From Utricularia gibba (Eukaryota > Plantae > Magnoliophyta): DNA of 64,000 nt. Below the pieces are notes generated by a model. The model searched no databases. It saw only the letters and a program-made list of their open reading frames with translations, and was not told where the DNA came from. Each line of letters begins with the position of its first letter. Position 1 is the stretch's first letter. Of this stretch, positions 25,877 to 39,103 are shown piece after piece. A program made the translations under genes and the position numbers. The stretch spans positions 310,001-374,000 of the forward strand of contig NEEC01000015.1 of assembly GCA_002189035.1 (NCBI GenBank). Direction: 5' to 3'.

Positions 25877-27183
25877 TTACTCAACTTCCATGCTGTTTCA
25901 ATCCCACCATCCTTCATCTTCCAGGTTTCCGTTGATCCATCGTTCCGGTTCCTGCTGCATCCTCATCGTTTATGTTAAAACTACTCTAAGCTTCTAGGGT
26001 TTGTCTCAGTCGAGAAGAATGGCTTTCTATCGTGGATCGACTAATGGCGTTTGCGTCTCTTTTCTGGATTGTTCTTTTTTATTGAATTCATTTGAAATTC
26101 ACAATTCAATCCAATATTCACTTGTTCTGGAAGCTTCCGGATTAAATAATTTATCATAAATACTTAATTAAATTGTGAATATTCGGAAACTCCATAGACC
26201 ATGGAAGTCAGGCTGACCAAAGGAGCATAAGACGACGCGTTTCAATCCAAAACACGAATGAATACTCAGGATGATCACAACACATACAACAACGTGATCA
26301 TTGTGTCATTGCTAACTAACCGCCTTCTTGCTTCCTAAACCCGCACTAATAATCATTACTTTGATACCAAATGTTAGAATACATCATCATTTAACATGAT
26401 ATTATTTGATTCGTATTTTCAATCTTCACGATTTTACGTTCTTGCTTTCTAAAAGAAAATCCTCATAAAAGATTAAAGAAGATATCTCAACCCAATGGAT
26501 GTAGTATTCGTCCAAAGGTACTTATAACCTTCTTTGGCCCTGACTCTTCTGTTTCTTTGGAAACTCAACGTCTAGATCATATTGTATGTCTCTCTTACAT
26601 ATTATGAATATTATGGGTGTCAACATTTTTAAATATTAGGGCCTTCGGGCGGTAGGAAACGGGTATTTAGTATTGTGGGGCGGGGCGGGGCCGTGAGGGA
26701 AGGGCGGTGAGATACTTCAGGCCGAAGTTTCTGCAGTGGAGTTGGCTAGGGGTTTTTTTTCTTTTTTTTTTTGGTTTTCACAGCTCTAGGGACACGTGGA
26801 ATGGCGTGTCCGGCTTCCTGGAAGGCCGTTTCTTGAACCCCAGCGCGTTTGCTTTGCCATTTGTGTATTTTATTGTGCTTCTGTCTGCGTGCAAGCGTTT
26901 TCTTGATTTCAACAACGAAGGACACCCATTATCATCTTCAACCGTTTACCCTTTCTCTCCAAGCCTTGTTCTGTCTTCGATTGTCGTTATAAATCTACCC
27001 CATTCCCACGTACAGTGAACCCCATTTCCCGAATCTGAAGCAAAATCCTCAAGTTCCCTCTTCTGGTTCTCGACTAGATTCATCGTTTTCTTTGTTGGGA
27101 TCGGAGTTTTTCCCATCTCGGGAAGTTGAGAGTTTCGATCTTGAAGCAACAGCATTCAGCTTTCTTTGGAAATCGAACCGAAA

Positions 27184-28278
27184 ATGGGAAGCAATAGCAG
27201 CAGGGGGAGAGCGGAGACCGACGGAGAAAACAACCTCCATATCTCTACGGAGCTCTGTTCCTACGCGGAAGCCTGCCGCCTCGACGTAGATCTCCACACA
27301 TTCGACACCAGTCTTCGGGATAGAACCAACAGCGTCATTACGGCCCTGGCCGCCGGAGTGGAGGTACGGACGGTGTCTCTGGGTTCGTTGAAGGATGTGA
27401 CGGGATGCTTACTGGAGATGAATCAGGAGGTGGTGAGAGTGATTTTGGATTGCAAGAAAGATATCTGGGACAACGGCGAACTTTTCTCCCTTGTTGAAGA
27501 TTACTTCGACAACAGCCTCCATACGCTTGATTTCTGCTCTGTTCTTGAAAAATCCCTGAAGCGTGCACGCGACACCCAGCTTCTGATCCTGATGGCGATC
27601 CAGGAGTTCGATGAGAAGCAAGACCACTCTAAAATGCTGCAAGATTTGAAGCGCTTCAAGGAAACAGGGAATCCCTTCACAGAGGAGTTCTTCCATCTTT
27701 TTCGGTCTGTTTATCTGAAGCAAATCTCTTTGCTAGAGAAGCTGCAGCAGAAAAAGAAGAAGCTAGATCACAAGCTGAAATCCATCAAGGGGTGGAGAAG
27801 AATTTCGAGTATCATATTCGCAACTATATTCGCCGCGGTGGTGATCTGCTCCGTGGTAGCGGCGGCATTGGCTGCGCCGCCGGTAGCTGCTGCGGTCGCC
27901 GCAGCCACCGTGATTCCTCTGGGTTCAATCGGAAAGTGGGTGGACTCCCTGATGAAGAATCACGAGAAAGAGGTGAAGAGACAGAAGGAGATCCTGAACT
28001 CGATGAAGGTGGGAACGTATATAAGCATCAAGGATCTTGATGGGATCAGAGTTCTTGTTGATAAGCTGGAAATGGAGCTTGAATCCATGATCAAGAACGC
28101 CGATTTCAGTCTTAACGAGAACGCGGTGAAGATTAGCGTGGAGGAGATGAAGAAGCAAGTCACCGTTTTCATGAAGAATGTGGACGACCTCGGGGCGCAG
28201 GCCGAGAATTGCAGCCGGGATATCCGCCGGGCAAGGACGGTAGTTTTGCAGCGGATCATTAAGCCACCGGTTAACTGA
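27184..28278 (+). CDS. UPF0496 / DUF677 (BPS1-related) protein, single exon
   Basis: MGSNSS start; motifs [41 protein letters not shown] and GNPF; Ala/Val hydrophobic segment; [12 protein letters not shown] and [13 protein letters not shown]. Confidence 0.9.
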   Translation: MGSNSSRGRAETDGENNLHISTELCSYAEACRLDVDLHTFDTSLRDRTNSVITALAAGVEVRTVSLGSLKDVTGCLLEMNQEVVRVILDCKKDIWDNGELFSLVEDYFDNSLHTLDFCSVLEKSLKRARDTQLLILMAIQEFDEKQDHSKMLQDLKRFKETGNPFTEEFFHLFRSVYLKQISLLEKLQQKKKKLDHKLKSIKGWRRISSIIFATIFAAVVICSVVAAALAAPPVAAAVAAATVIPLGSIGKWVDSLMKNHEKEVKRQKEILNSMKVGTYISIKDLDGIRVLVDKLEMELESMIKNADFSLNENAVKISVEEMKKQVTVFMKNVDDLGAQAENCSRDIRRARTVVLQRIIKPPVN

Positions 28279-29014
28279 TGCCAACGTTGACACGTGGAAG
28301 ACAATGATTGGTTAAATGATGCTTCCAACTAGGAAAAAAATGATGCTTGACTAACTGTTCTTGCTATTGCTTCGAAGCATTTTTTTAATCCTTAATAAAC
28401 AAAGATTCTTATTATTCATTCTAAGTATAATTTATAGAAATTATCTATAATAAATTTTTAATGATGATAAATCAATGTTGTTTTATATATCACACTTTAT
28501 GTCATATATAATCGACAAAATGCAAACAATTCAAATAAATTGAATATTTATCATAATAGTTATTAGACAACATATAATTTATTCATTACAAATGATTAAT
28601 GATGACATGTATCAATACATTTGATTTTTCAAATTTATAGGAATACATAGTTTGTTTATTCAATGTTTCAACTAATTATATCTCATTTAAAATTTGTATT
28701 TAAAATTAAATATTTCTAACTATTTTTGTCCTAAGAAAATAATTGTTGGTGTAAAATCCCAAATGATAAGTAGATGATAGTTATGTTCAACATCTCCTAT
28801 TTAATCAAACGTATTTTATTTTATGGTAGAAACCATAAATAAAATTATGAATATTGAATGTTTAAAACAACTAACATGATACAAATAAGATACAAGTCAT
28901 GAAATTCATGGTTGAAAATCATGTATCTGACCAAGTCAATGTGGTGTAATTTAAAATGTGTGACTGATTTCCAAGGAATTATTATTTCCTTTTTCAATTT
29001 AAATGAATAATTTA

Positions 29015-29721
29015 TTATTTGGAAATCAACTGGCCCACTACGCCGGCGATGAGGGTGGTGGGATCCCCTAGAACGGCGGAAACCACCACCTGCAACGCTA
29101 GTGATGCCACGTCGGAATACCTCTGTGCCTTGCCTTTGGTTTTGGAGTGGCACACGTGCGTGTCCAGCGTGGACCTCAAGCTGGGGAGCCGCCCTCCCCC
29201 TCCGCCGTAGATCTCCCGGCAGCTGTCAACCAGGATCTCCTTCGCGCACGCCACGTGGAGGTTATATTTTTTACACGACGACCGGTAACACCAGCCCCTA
29301 CCCTTCCTCCCGCACCTGTTGCAGGCGGCCGTCACGTGGGCGTATAGATAAAGCTTCACATCCCCGCCGTCGATCGCCATCGGCAGTTTAGCGCAGCAAG
29401 GGTGGAGGTCGAAGCCGCAGAGCTTGCAGTGGTACGTGAACCCCCCACGCGCCTCTCGCACGCGTTGCAGTTGCGCGCCTCCGGCCCCGGGGGGCGGCTG
29501 AGGAAGTCGAAGGCGCATTTAGTGTAGAAGGGGTGGGCGACGGAGGCGGAAGGCACGGCGCAGTGGGCGTGGAGATCGAAGTTGCAGGCGGCGTGGACGC
29601 ACCTGTAGACGGCGCCGATGCCGGCTTCCTTGCAGCCGTCGCATTTAAACGGCGCAGTGGCGTGGCCGAGCTTGAGGATGTGGTTGGGGTGGCTGAAGTG
29701 GAGGATATCGGTGAATTTCAT
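29015..29721 (-). CDS. Cys/His-rich DC1 (C1-like) domain protein; 1-nt frameshift at 29441-29446
   Basis: HFSHPNH..CDGCKE...CNFDLHAHC, CNACE..FTYHC..CGFDLHPCC and CNRCG...CKKYNLHVAC; C-terminal AVLGDPT motif. The halves lie in adjacent frames joined at a G6 run. Confidence 0.85.
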
Positions 29722-30371
29722 TCCCTCTTCTCCGGCTGAGACGGAGAAGGTGAAGGGAGGAGTAGTTATAGAGGGGATTCGGAGGGGATGACCGGATTGG
29801 AAGGAATCAGAATGTCGCTGAAATTATCTGAGGCTCTGGGTCTGTTCAGAGATTCTGGCTTGGGCTTCTTTCTTCACTTTCCCATATTCAATATTCATAT
29901 TCATTTTTGTCCTCTGTGGGGATGCTTGCTGAATAAGAAATACTCTCCTGCTCCATTTTGTTATTTTTTTATTTTTTGGAACGAACAAAATTATTATTAA
30001 AATGATAAATTTATTTTTTATTAGGTAATAAAAATAATATATTTAATCTTGATTCACATAATGATTATTATAATTTGAAATAGTGGAAATGCCTAATTTT
30101 GGAAATAATATATATTATTATTTTTTATTTTTAATAGTGTGGAATAATAATAATAATATTTTGAGGATTATTTATATATTTTGAATAAAGGGATATTATT
30201 GCTTAATTTTCTCTTCTTTGTTTTTCTGAATGTGGTAAAAAATGACGGCCCGTCCGGATTGCGAGCCCATGAGGAGGCTGCCCACTCGCCGTGAATCAGG
30301 CCTGCTGATGATGATGTAGTCGCACTGGGGAGGCACACAAGCTGTTCGATGAAATTCCCTTGCGGACAAGG

Positions 30372-31808
30372 ATGGCGTTGTCACGCCCACTTACGAAATT
30401 GTGGTTCTCATCGGTGTCCTTTGCTTGCGGACTGATTCCATACTCGTCTTCTTCAGGATCACTGACTCCCGGAGATACTGTCGTGGACGCCGCCGTTTTG
30501 ATCCTGAAAAATCACCGGTTGAAAAGAACTCGGAGGTCTTATCTCCGGTCTCTCATCGCTCCGCTCCCGGATGGTCGCCTCACTCCATCCCAGTTTTCCC
30601 AGATCGCTGTCCAGATACGCAACAACCCACGCCGGGCTTTGGAGTTCTTCGATTTTACCCTCCGCCATTCTCTTTCGACCCTTTCACTGTCCTCCTATTC
30701 GACGATGATTCACATTCTCTGTCGCTCCAGGATGACAACCCTAGCTCTTTCTATGATAAAATCAGCGATTTGCACGTTTTCTGAGTCCTCAACTCCCACC
30801 CCTCTTGCCCTTCTTCAATCGCTGATCAAAAGTTACAGGGTTTGCGATTCTGCTCCTTTCGTGTTTGATTTACTGGTAAAGGCCTGTATAGAGACAAAAA
30901 AGCTGGATGTTGCAGTAGAAATCTACTCGCTTTTGAAAACTAAGCATGTGTTTCTGAGAACTAGCACTTGTAACGCTTTGATTGAGTTGGTTTCTGAGAG
31001 TAGAGGAGCTTCTGCTGGCTACAGACTGTGTGGAGACATCTTTTTTAGTGATGATCATACTCCTAGTAGAGCTCCCCCGAATTCTAGCACACTGAATATC
31101 GTTATGGCTGGTTTTTACAGAGAAGGATTGGTGGGAAGGGTGGAAGAAGTTTGGGAAGAGTTCAGAACAAAAGGGTGTGAGCCAAATCTCTATAGCTTCT
31201 GTGTTCTGATGTCAGCTTACTGTGATGAGGAAAGAATGGAGGAAGCCATTAGGATCTGGGAAGAAATGACTAGCAAAGATTTCACCCCTGATGCTATCTC
31301 CTATAACACAATCATCGGAGGCTTTTGCAGAGTTGGAGACACAGAGAAGGCCGAGGAGATGTACCGCGAAATGGCCATGAATGGCGTGGACGCAACTTCT
31401 GCTACATTTGATCATCTGATATCAGGACACTGCAGAAATGGGGACTGCCATTCCGCGATGGCTCTGTACACTGACATGGCCAGAAGACGATTCATCCCCA
31501 ACATTTCGACGGTTAACCGGATTGTACAAGCTCTATGCAGCAAGAATAAAGGCTGTCAAGCACTGAATATTTGGAGAGCGGCAAAGAAGACAGGAAATGG
31601 TGGTCTCGATGTGGAGAGCTACAAGGTCTTGATACTAAGTTTGTGTGACAAGGGAGCGATGGAGGAGTGTCTGCAGCTTCAGGCAGAGATGGCTCTGAAA
31701 GGGTACGAACCATGCGCAGATATATACCAAGCTTTCATTGATGGGTACAGCAAAGCAGGGAACGAAGAAATGGTCACAAAGCTGTGGGAAGAAGTGAATG
31801 CCTTGTAG
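30372..31808 (+). CDS. P-class pentatricopeptide repeat protein, intronless
   Basis: 478-aa ORF from ATG 30372 with tandem ~35-aa repeats (PNSSTLNIVMAGFYREG, PNLYSFCVLMSAYC, PDAISYNTIIGGFCRVG, TFDHLISGHC, SYKVLILSLC) and SAPFVFDLLVKAC. Confidence 0.93.
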   Translation: MALSRPLTKLWFSSVSFACGLIPYSSSSGSLTPGDTVVDAAVLILKNHRLKRTRRSYLRSLIAPLPDGRLTPSQFSQIAVQIRNNPRRALEFFDFTLRHSLSTLSLSSYSTMIHILCRSRMTTLALSMIKSAICTFSESSTPTPLALLQSLIKSYRVCDSAPFVFDLLVKACIETKKLDVAVEIYSLLKTKHVFLRTSTCNALIELVSESRGASAGYRLCGDIFFSDDHTPSRAPPNSSTLNIVMAGFYREGLVGRVEEVWEEFRTKGCEPNLYSFCVLMSAYCDEERMEEAIRIWEEMTSKDFTPDAISYNTIIGGFCRVGDTEKAEEMYREMAMNGVDATSATFDHLISGHCRNGDCHSAMALYTDMARRRFIPNISTVNRIVQALCSKNKGCQALNIWRAAKKTGNGGLDVESYKVLILSLCDKGAMEECLQLQAEMALKGYEPCADIYQAFIDGYSKAGNEEMVTKLWEEVNAL

Positions 31809-32649
31809 CCTAAACACCGCTTCTAATCTCTGACTTTGGATTGTTTGTAATTTAGACGTGGGTCTTCTCCGGCGTAACCTAACCGTGGGTACGGGTTCGC
31901 TCCGCCGGATATCGGATTGAACTCATTGACATCGTAAATTAACATTTAACATTTGTGGTATTTGAAATTTAGAAGTACGTTAAACTAATTTCACTTTGAT
32001 TACAGATGTAAAATATAAAGAAATATCATTTAATTTTGTATAATATGTTTTTACAAAAAGTAAAAAAAAAAACGTAAAATTCTAATAATTGAATATACGA
32101 AATCAAGAATATGGGACAAAAACAAAATAGGTAGTTACATTTTTTTCCATTGGACCGATGGTCGCCGTTGGGCCAGACGGGAGCCCACCTGTGTCTGCAA
32201 TTTTTTTGGGGAAATAAAATAATGAAAATGGTGATGTAATTAATATCTTGTTTGGGAAAACATTTAATGAATAAATGAATGAATATTCCTACTATGTATG
32301 TACAAATGTATAAGGCTGGTTAAATGAGGGTCAGAGTTCCAATAATAATAAAGTTGGGGGACCGGAACCCGAAAACAATGAAAGTGACAGCGATGCGGTG
32401 CAAGTTAGTGAGTGAACAGTAACCAGCCGGAAGTCCGCAGCGTTTTTTCTGAATAACCGTGTGAATACTGAAGAAAGGCTCGTGTTGAAAATCGGGAGTT
32501 TTTTTTGGATACATTCATGGCGCGCTTAGGGTTTCTTCCACGTTCTAGCTTCTTGTAGACTCCTATTCTACCAATATATATATATATCTATATTTGCGTA
32601 TACGCGCCGTCGGAGGGCTGTTGTTTTCCTTCATTCTGATTGACGAAGC

Positions 32650-34777
32650 ATGAGGCCGCGCTGCTTTCTTGATATCGCCATTGGGGATGAACTCGAGGGG
32701 AGAATCGTTGTTGAACTCTATAACGATGTCGTTCCAAAAACAGCGGAGAATTTCAGGGCGCTTTGTACTGGAGAAAAAGGGACTGGCCTGAATACCGGGG
32801 CGCACTTACATTACAAGGTTTTGTTCTCTATTCGTTTTTGTTTTTGTTTTTCTTGTCGTTCTTTAGCTATGGAGAGAAACAACTTAAGAATGTAGCCTGC
32901 ATTATTGGTGGGTAGCGTACGGAATTGCTAAAAAGTTTTGATCAAAGTGTACCGGGTTCAACATTTTTCTGACACCTTGGAGTTTGAATGCTTAGTTTAG
33001 GGCTCACCTGAAAATCCCCAAGTAGAGTTGCAATGGTAACGAACATAATGGAGATTCTTGGCTATTTTTGTTGCTGTTGTTTTGCTGCCCACTCTGCATT
33101 GCTTTATCTTAGAGATGAGTGATTTTGTGACTTTACTAGGGAACCCGATTTCATCGGGTGATCAAGAGTTTCATGATACAAGGTGGCGACATTTCTGCCG
33201 GTGACGGAACTGGTGGAGAATCAATCTACGGGATGAAGTTTGATGATGAGAATTTTGAGTTAAAGCATCAAAGGAAGGGCATGTTGTCTATGGCTAATTC
33301 TGGACCTGATACCAATGGTTCACAATTTTTCATCACCACTACTCGGGCTCCTAATCTGGATGGGAAGCATGTTGTGTTTGGGAAGATTATCAAGGGTATA
33401 GGGATTGTTCGCAACATCGAGCATGTTACTACTGGTGAAAATGATCGACCTACTGTCGATGTTGTCATTGTTGATTGCGGAGAAATTCCAGAGGGGGAAG
33501 ATGATGGTACTATTAACTTTTTTAAAGATGGTGATCTGTATGCTGATTGGCCCGCTGATCTGCATAAAAGTTCAAGTGACTTGTCATGGTGGATTGAAGC
33601 TGTTGAATCAGTGAAGGGCTATGGAAATGAGTGCTTTAAGGTACTAGTTTTTCCAAAAGGCTTGTATATGATGCGGTTCATTGTGATTTCGTTCTTTCAC
33701 AGTGTTGGCATTCTGTTTCTTCATTGTAGAAACAAGATTATAAGATGGCTCTGAGGAAGTACAGGAAGGCTCTGCGGTATCTTGATGCCTGTTGGGAGAA
33801 GGAAGGAATTGATGAAGGTGGTTACTTAGCAACCCAGATGGTCATCAACAAAAAATGTTCCTCCCATTATTCACTTTTCTGCTTTTCCGTTGTGCAGAGA
33901 AGAGCAGTTACTTGAGAAAGATGAAGTCACAGATATTCACCAACCGTTCTGTGAGTTTCCTCTGTTCCCGAAGTAGCTTTTGATCTTATCATCCGAGTTC
34001 TTGGTATTTTTGCTCTAACATTATGAGGAACCCCCAGCAATCACTGGACCTACAACCCATTACATTGGACAACCTCATGATCTGATTCCATTTTTTAAAT
34101 ATTCTCATTGAAGTAATATTGTGATAATTGTATCTTTGCCCAGTCGTGCAAGTTGAAACTGGGTGACGCAAGAGGAGCCCTTATGGACACTGAGTTCGCA
34201 ATGCAAGGAGGTGAAAACAATGCAAAGCCATTATTTCGACAAGGCCAGGTTGGTCTCTGTCTGTGTACCTGTAAATGGCTTCTGCTATGCTTTTAAAAAT
34301 TCTTTTGGAAAGCAAGAAACACGATGAAACATATGCTGTAAATGATCTCTTTCCCGGTTATAATAAACGTCCACTGATCCATCTACTTGTGAAACTACCA
34401 GGCACTTATTGCTCTCAATGATATCGATGGTGCTCTCGAGAGTTTCAAGAAGGCGTTATCCTTCGAACCTAATGATGGTTAGTAAGAGATCTCACTTCTT
34501 TCCCGTCTGCCCTCTTTCATAATGTATTTGTAGTAAGAGATCTCTCTTCCTGTCTTCGCCATGACAATTTTTCTCTTCTTCTGCTGTAGGAGCCATAAAG
34601 AAGGAGTTCGCGGCAGCAAAGAAGAAGGTAATGGCAAAGCCTCAAATTCATGACGCCTGATGTGAATTGCCAATGATGCAGAGCCAACCCCCTCACTCCA
34701 CCCCATTTCTTCTTATTTGACAGATCGTTGATCGACGTAACCAGGAACGAAAAGCGTTTTCAAAGATATTCGAATAG
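32650..34777 (+). CDS. CYP40: Cyclophilin 40 (PPIase + TPR), SQUINT
   Basis: [68 protein letters not shown] and LDGKHVVFG, followed by TPR exons ([15 protein letters not shown]); ends RKAFSKIFE* at 34777. Confidence 0.95.
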
Positions 34778-35007
34778 CAGAAGCAGAAGCAAACTAACAG
34801 CATCTTTGCACATTTTTTTGAGACCCTTCACCTGAGTTCATGGTTCATGTATATTTCCTCCCGTTGGCCATTTTGATCAACTGTCGTGTTAAGGCCCTGC
34901 TGCCATTAGCTGCATATATGACAACTGCCTATTCAGAAAAAATGGAAGTTTACTATGAGTTGAGATTGATCGAGGAATGTGAATATTTTGTAAGAATACA
35001 ATAACCG

Positions 35008-35080
35008 GCGCCTGTAGCTCAGTGGATAGAGCGTCTGTTTCCTAAGCAGAAAGTCGTAGGTTCGACCCCTACCTGGCGCG
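35008..35080 (+). tRNA. tRNA-Arg (anticodon CCT)
   Basis: 73 nt GCGCCTGTAGCTCAGTGGATAGAGCG TCTGTTTCCTAAGCAGA AAGTC GTAGGTTCGACCCCTAC CTGGCGCG, with A box, B box and cloverleaf stems; TTTT Pol III terminator at 35086-35089. Confidence 0.97.
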
Positions 35081-36074
35081 CTTGCTTTTCAGGTGGAATG
35101 AAGTCGTTACATTATTTTTTTGGCGGAAAATGGGGAGCATGAATATGGAACGCCGTGGGGGAAAAGGCTCGGTTTGAAGCAGTGCAGATTCTGAATCAAT
35201 GCCACAGGAAGAGGGGAAGAAGAAGATGATGCTGCCGTCGCCGTCGTCTTGAAAGGGCCGTCCTCTTCCCTTCCGTTTCCTCCATGCCTTTGATGTGCAT
35301 TGCAACTTGGGCCTTCCTTGTGTGTATTCTGCGCAGTACTCATTCCTGTTACGTTGATGGCTCTTGTCACCACTCCTTGTGGCTCTGTTGTTCTCCAAAG
35401 TTTTCTCTTCACTTGAGCAGCTGCTACCTACTATCGTCACCTGAATTTCTCATGCTGCGAACGGTGAGCTCTTTCACATGTTCATGTTGATAAATTCATC
35501 ACTTGGTAACTTTGACGTGCTTGCCATCATGATGAGAGGCAGAGCCCCATCTCCTGGTTTAAGTTCTTTACACAGAGTAAGTACGTACTATCTCTTTTGT
35601 GCTGCGGTCTCGCGCTTTCTGGAGAAGAGTACTCCACTCCGGTACCCAATTGGTGTTCCCTTTTGTTCTTCGCCCTCTACGTGAGTACATTTCCGTACTA
35701 CTACTTGAATGTTCTCCAACCGAAGTGGGTGGACGAATCTTCTTTGTGCTCTTTGCCCTTCCAGATTTTTCCTGAATACTTCAGCCGACCACTGTAGATG
35801 CTCCGATAGCCGACACCGGCGTGCCGGAAATTTACATAGATGCTCCGGAGGGGAAATGATTCTTCTAGAAGGTGAGGGAAAAAGGTGTCCAGGTTCAATG
35901 TTTTTGGGAGCGACATGAATGATGGGGGTGCGTTTAGTCCTGAGCAACTAACCCTTTATTTTTTTATTCTCGTTATAAGGGAACCAACAAGTGCGGAATT
36001 CCGATTCGCCATCTTCTCCTCACTGAGCTTTCGCCACCAAACTCCGGTCGGCGCCGCTCCTTCTCCATCGACTC

Positions 36075-37976
36075 ATGGCTACCGATGGTTTCCGGACCCT
36101 GGACGAGAAGTTATTGGTGGAGTACATCAACGCCACTGCGGTTCTTGCAGCGAAATTGGGCGTCGGAGGCCATTCTGACGAGCTTGAGATCAAGGAAATC
36201 GGCGACGGGAATCTCAACTTCGTCTACATCGTTAAAGGACCCACAAGCTCCCTTGTTATCAAACAGGTTTGGAATTTAACTCCTCCTTCTGAGCGATAGT
36301 GTTCTTCACTTTACAGTTTTTAACATTTACTGTTAACCTAGTCGTACTCTGTTTTGATGATTGCTCGCCGAAGTAGTGTTCTTTTTATCCGATTCAATGA
36401 ATTGATCTTTTCAGGCTGTTCCTTATGTTCGCTGCATAGGCGAGTCATGGCCGATGACGAAGGAGCGTGCCTATTTTGAGACCGAAACTTTGCTTGAACA
36501 CGGCCGGTTGTGCCCAGATCATGTACCGGAAGTTTACCATTTTGACAGGAAACTGTGCGTCATCGCAATGCGCTATATAGAGCCACCACATATAATCCTT
36601 AGAAAAGGATTGATCCGAGGGGTTGAATATCCATTACTTGCAGAGCATATCTCGGACTACTTGGCCAGAACACTCTTCTACACTTCTCTGCTGTATTTGA
36701 ACACTGCTGATCATAAAGCTGCCGGTAAAATGAAATCCTACCTGAGTTAGAGTGAAAGTGTGTGCTTCTTTTAAATGCATCTCATTTGCTTGATCTCTTT
36801 ATTTCTTGCAGTTGCAAAATACTGTGCGAATGTGGAATTATGCAGACTTACTGAGCAAGTTGTGTTTTCTGACCCTTACAAAGTTTCCCAATACAACAGA
36901 TGGACATCACCTTACCTCGATGATGATGCGAAGTCCGTTCGGGAAGATCACATTTTGAAGCTTGAAGTCGCAGAACTTAAGTCCAAGTAAAGTGTCACTG
37001 CCCCTCATGCCTTTTATCCCTTTCTTCTTCTGCCATGTTGAATATATCCTTGATTTGTGCTGTTTTTGTTGCGCTCTGAGGAGTCTTTTGTAAAGGGGTG
37101 ATCGCGATTGTTGCAGCATTGAAATTGCGTGTTGGTTATACAGGTTTTGTGAGAAAGCCCAAGCACTTATACATGGCGACTTTCATACCGGATCAGTGAT
37201 GGTCACGGTTGATTCTACACAAGTGATAGATCCTGAGTTCTCTTTCTACGGACCGATGGGGTTCGACATTGGAGCTTTTCTGGGGAACCTTATCTTAGCC
37301 TACTTCTCCCAAGATGGCCATTCGGAAAAAGGAAATGACCGTGAGGTATTCATTTGTACTATGACAGTGTGTTTCTATCTTCTTTGGTTATCTGCCTGTT
37401 CAAAGACCTTTTGTTAACAAAAGATTGCAGAAGTAGGAGTTAATGCATGTACATTGCTATTTACTGAAGCACTGTTTCCTTAAATTTCAAAACTGTGTAG
37501 CTTTACAAAGAATGGATTCTGAACACAATATCAGATACATGGAACCTCTTCCATAAAAAGTTCACAGCGATCTGGGATAAACATAGTGATGGCCCTGGTG
37601 AGGCCTATCTTCCAGAAATTTATGATGATCCACAACTCCGGTCCCTGGTAAAGCAAAGGTACATGGAGGATCTTTTGCATGACAGTTTGGGTTTTGGTGC
37701 AGCCAAAATGATAAGGTTTGCCCACTGCTCCTAGATTTCCCTTTGCTTGTGCTGCCAACTACCGAGGAGTGAACTCTTTTCTACCATGAGTTTTCTTTTG
37801 GTGTTGGCAGGAGAATCGTTGGTGTAGCCCACGTCGAAGATTTCGAGTCGATAGATGACATGAGCAAGCGGGCGGAATGTGAGCGCAAGGCATTGCGGTT
37901 TGCTGTAACTCTCCTCAAGAAGAGGAGGGAGTTCACAGACATAAAGGAAGTCATTTCTGGTATCAGATCTTCCTGA
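36075..37976 (+). CDS. MTK1: 5-methylthioribose kinase (Yang cycle)
   Basis: [75 protein letters not shown] and [15 protein letters not shown]; stop 37976. Confidence 0.95.
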
Positions 37977-38120
37977 AGCCGTGATACCCCGTGCCGGCTG
38001 AGCGTGTGTGCTTTCCTTCAGTATTTAGAGTAATATCATTACTCAGTATTGCCTTGTAAGCTCAAATGCTATCAGGAGAATGAGAGTGAGCCAAAATGTA
38101 ATAACAGAATTTGCTTACAG

Positions 38121-38180
38121 CATCCTACAGACAGGAAGATGATTATCTTGGATGAGAAACTGAAGAAGATTTTCGAATAG
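38121..38180 (+). pseudogene. Isolated fossil exon resembling the second half of a SWIB/MDM2 domain
   Basis: After acceptor TTACAG| it reads HPTDRKMIILDEKLKKIFE*, similar to the recalled plant SWIB pattern (N/D)P.DKR.I.CDEKLK.IFE. Premature TAG; no other exons seen. Confidence 0.5.
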
Positions 38181-38372
38181 AGTCCCCATTCCTCAAGTAA
38201 GCAGCGGCAGCTTTCAGGGGCTGTGGACAGAAAGAATGCCCTGTAACATGCTCGGATTCGTAACATGTTGTTTTGCATTCCTCAGTTTTGCTCATGTGAA
38301 TGTACGTATGCCATGTTTGAAAACTTGATCAGTAGGTATGAGTGATTACCAGTGATGTGGTGCGTGAAACTC

Positions 38373-39103
38373 TCAAAGCTGGTATAGGAGCAAGGCTAAT
38401 ACCTCATCGGAAACCACCATGCCGAGGCATCTCCCGGTCGAAGCAGCGAGTCGGGCGGCTAGCTGATGCTTGCACTGTGATCAATGTGACAGATGATGAA
38501 TCAGGTTACTGAATTGGGGTTCAAAAGCAGAAGCAACAAGCGGTGAGTGAGTTGCTCTGCTCACACACTGGTGTTCCCCTCTGTTCACAACATCGTAGAA
38601 GAATGAGTAGCAGCTACAAAAGTGCCGAGGGAAGCACAGATACTCCTCCTTCCTCCTTGATTCTCCCATAACCTTAAACAGTTCCAACAAGATCGACACT
38701 CAGCTACCGTTATGGTAGAACAAGCCGTTGATTAGATGAAACTGAACCTGGAAAATGGAGCGACCACTAGGATGACCGGAGATCTGCCTAACGCCTCTCT
38801 CGTCGACGATCTTGGCAGCCTTCTCGAAACTCCTCCCGAATATGAAATGCAAACTGAAAGCAGAAGCACCGTGAAATTGTCCTTTTAACCAGAATATGCG
38901 TAAACAACACAACACACTGAAACAACTCACATGGAGAGTTGGTCGTCGGTGACTGCCGCACAACCAAATCTCCGTCGTTAGCACAGATTTCATTAAAAGA
39001 AGAAGACGACCTGAAGACGAGAATAGGAAGGCAAACACGGACCTGACTGTGTGGCCTCGACTGCTTCCCAAACCGATTCCGCGACCAAAAGTGACCGATT
39101 CAT
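38373..39103 (-). CDS. SSN2: SWIM zinc-finger protein SSN2/SWS1 (Shu complex, homologous recombination)
   Basis: Five short exons: MNRSLLVAESVWEAVEATQS/VTDDQLSI/LHFIFGRSFEKAAKIVDERGVRQISGHPSGRSIFQ/VMGESRRKEEYLCFPRHFCSCYSFFYDVVNRGEHQC/CKHQLAARLAAS...*; SWIM CxC...CxH motif. Confidence 0.9.
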
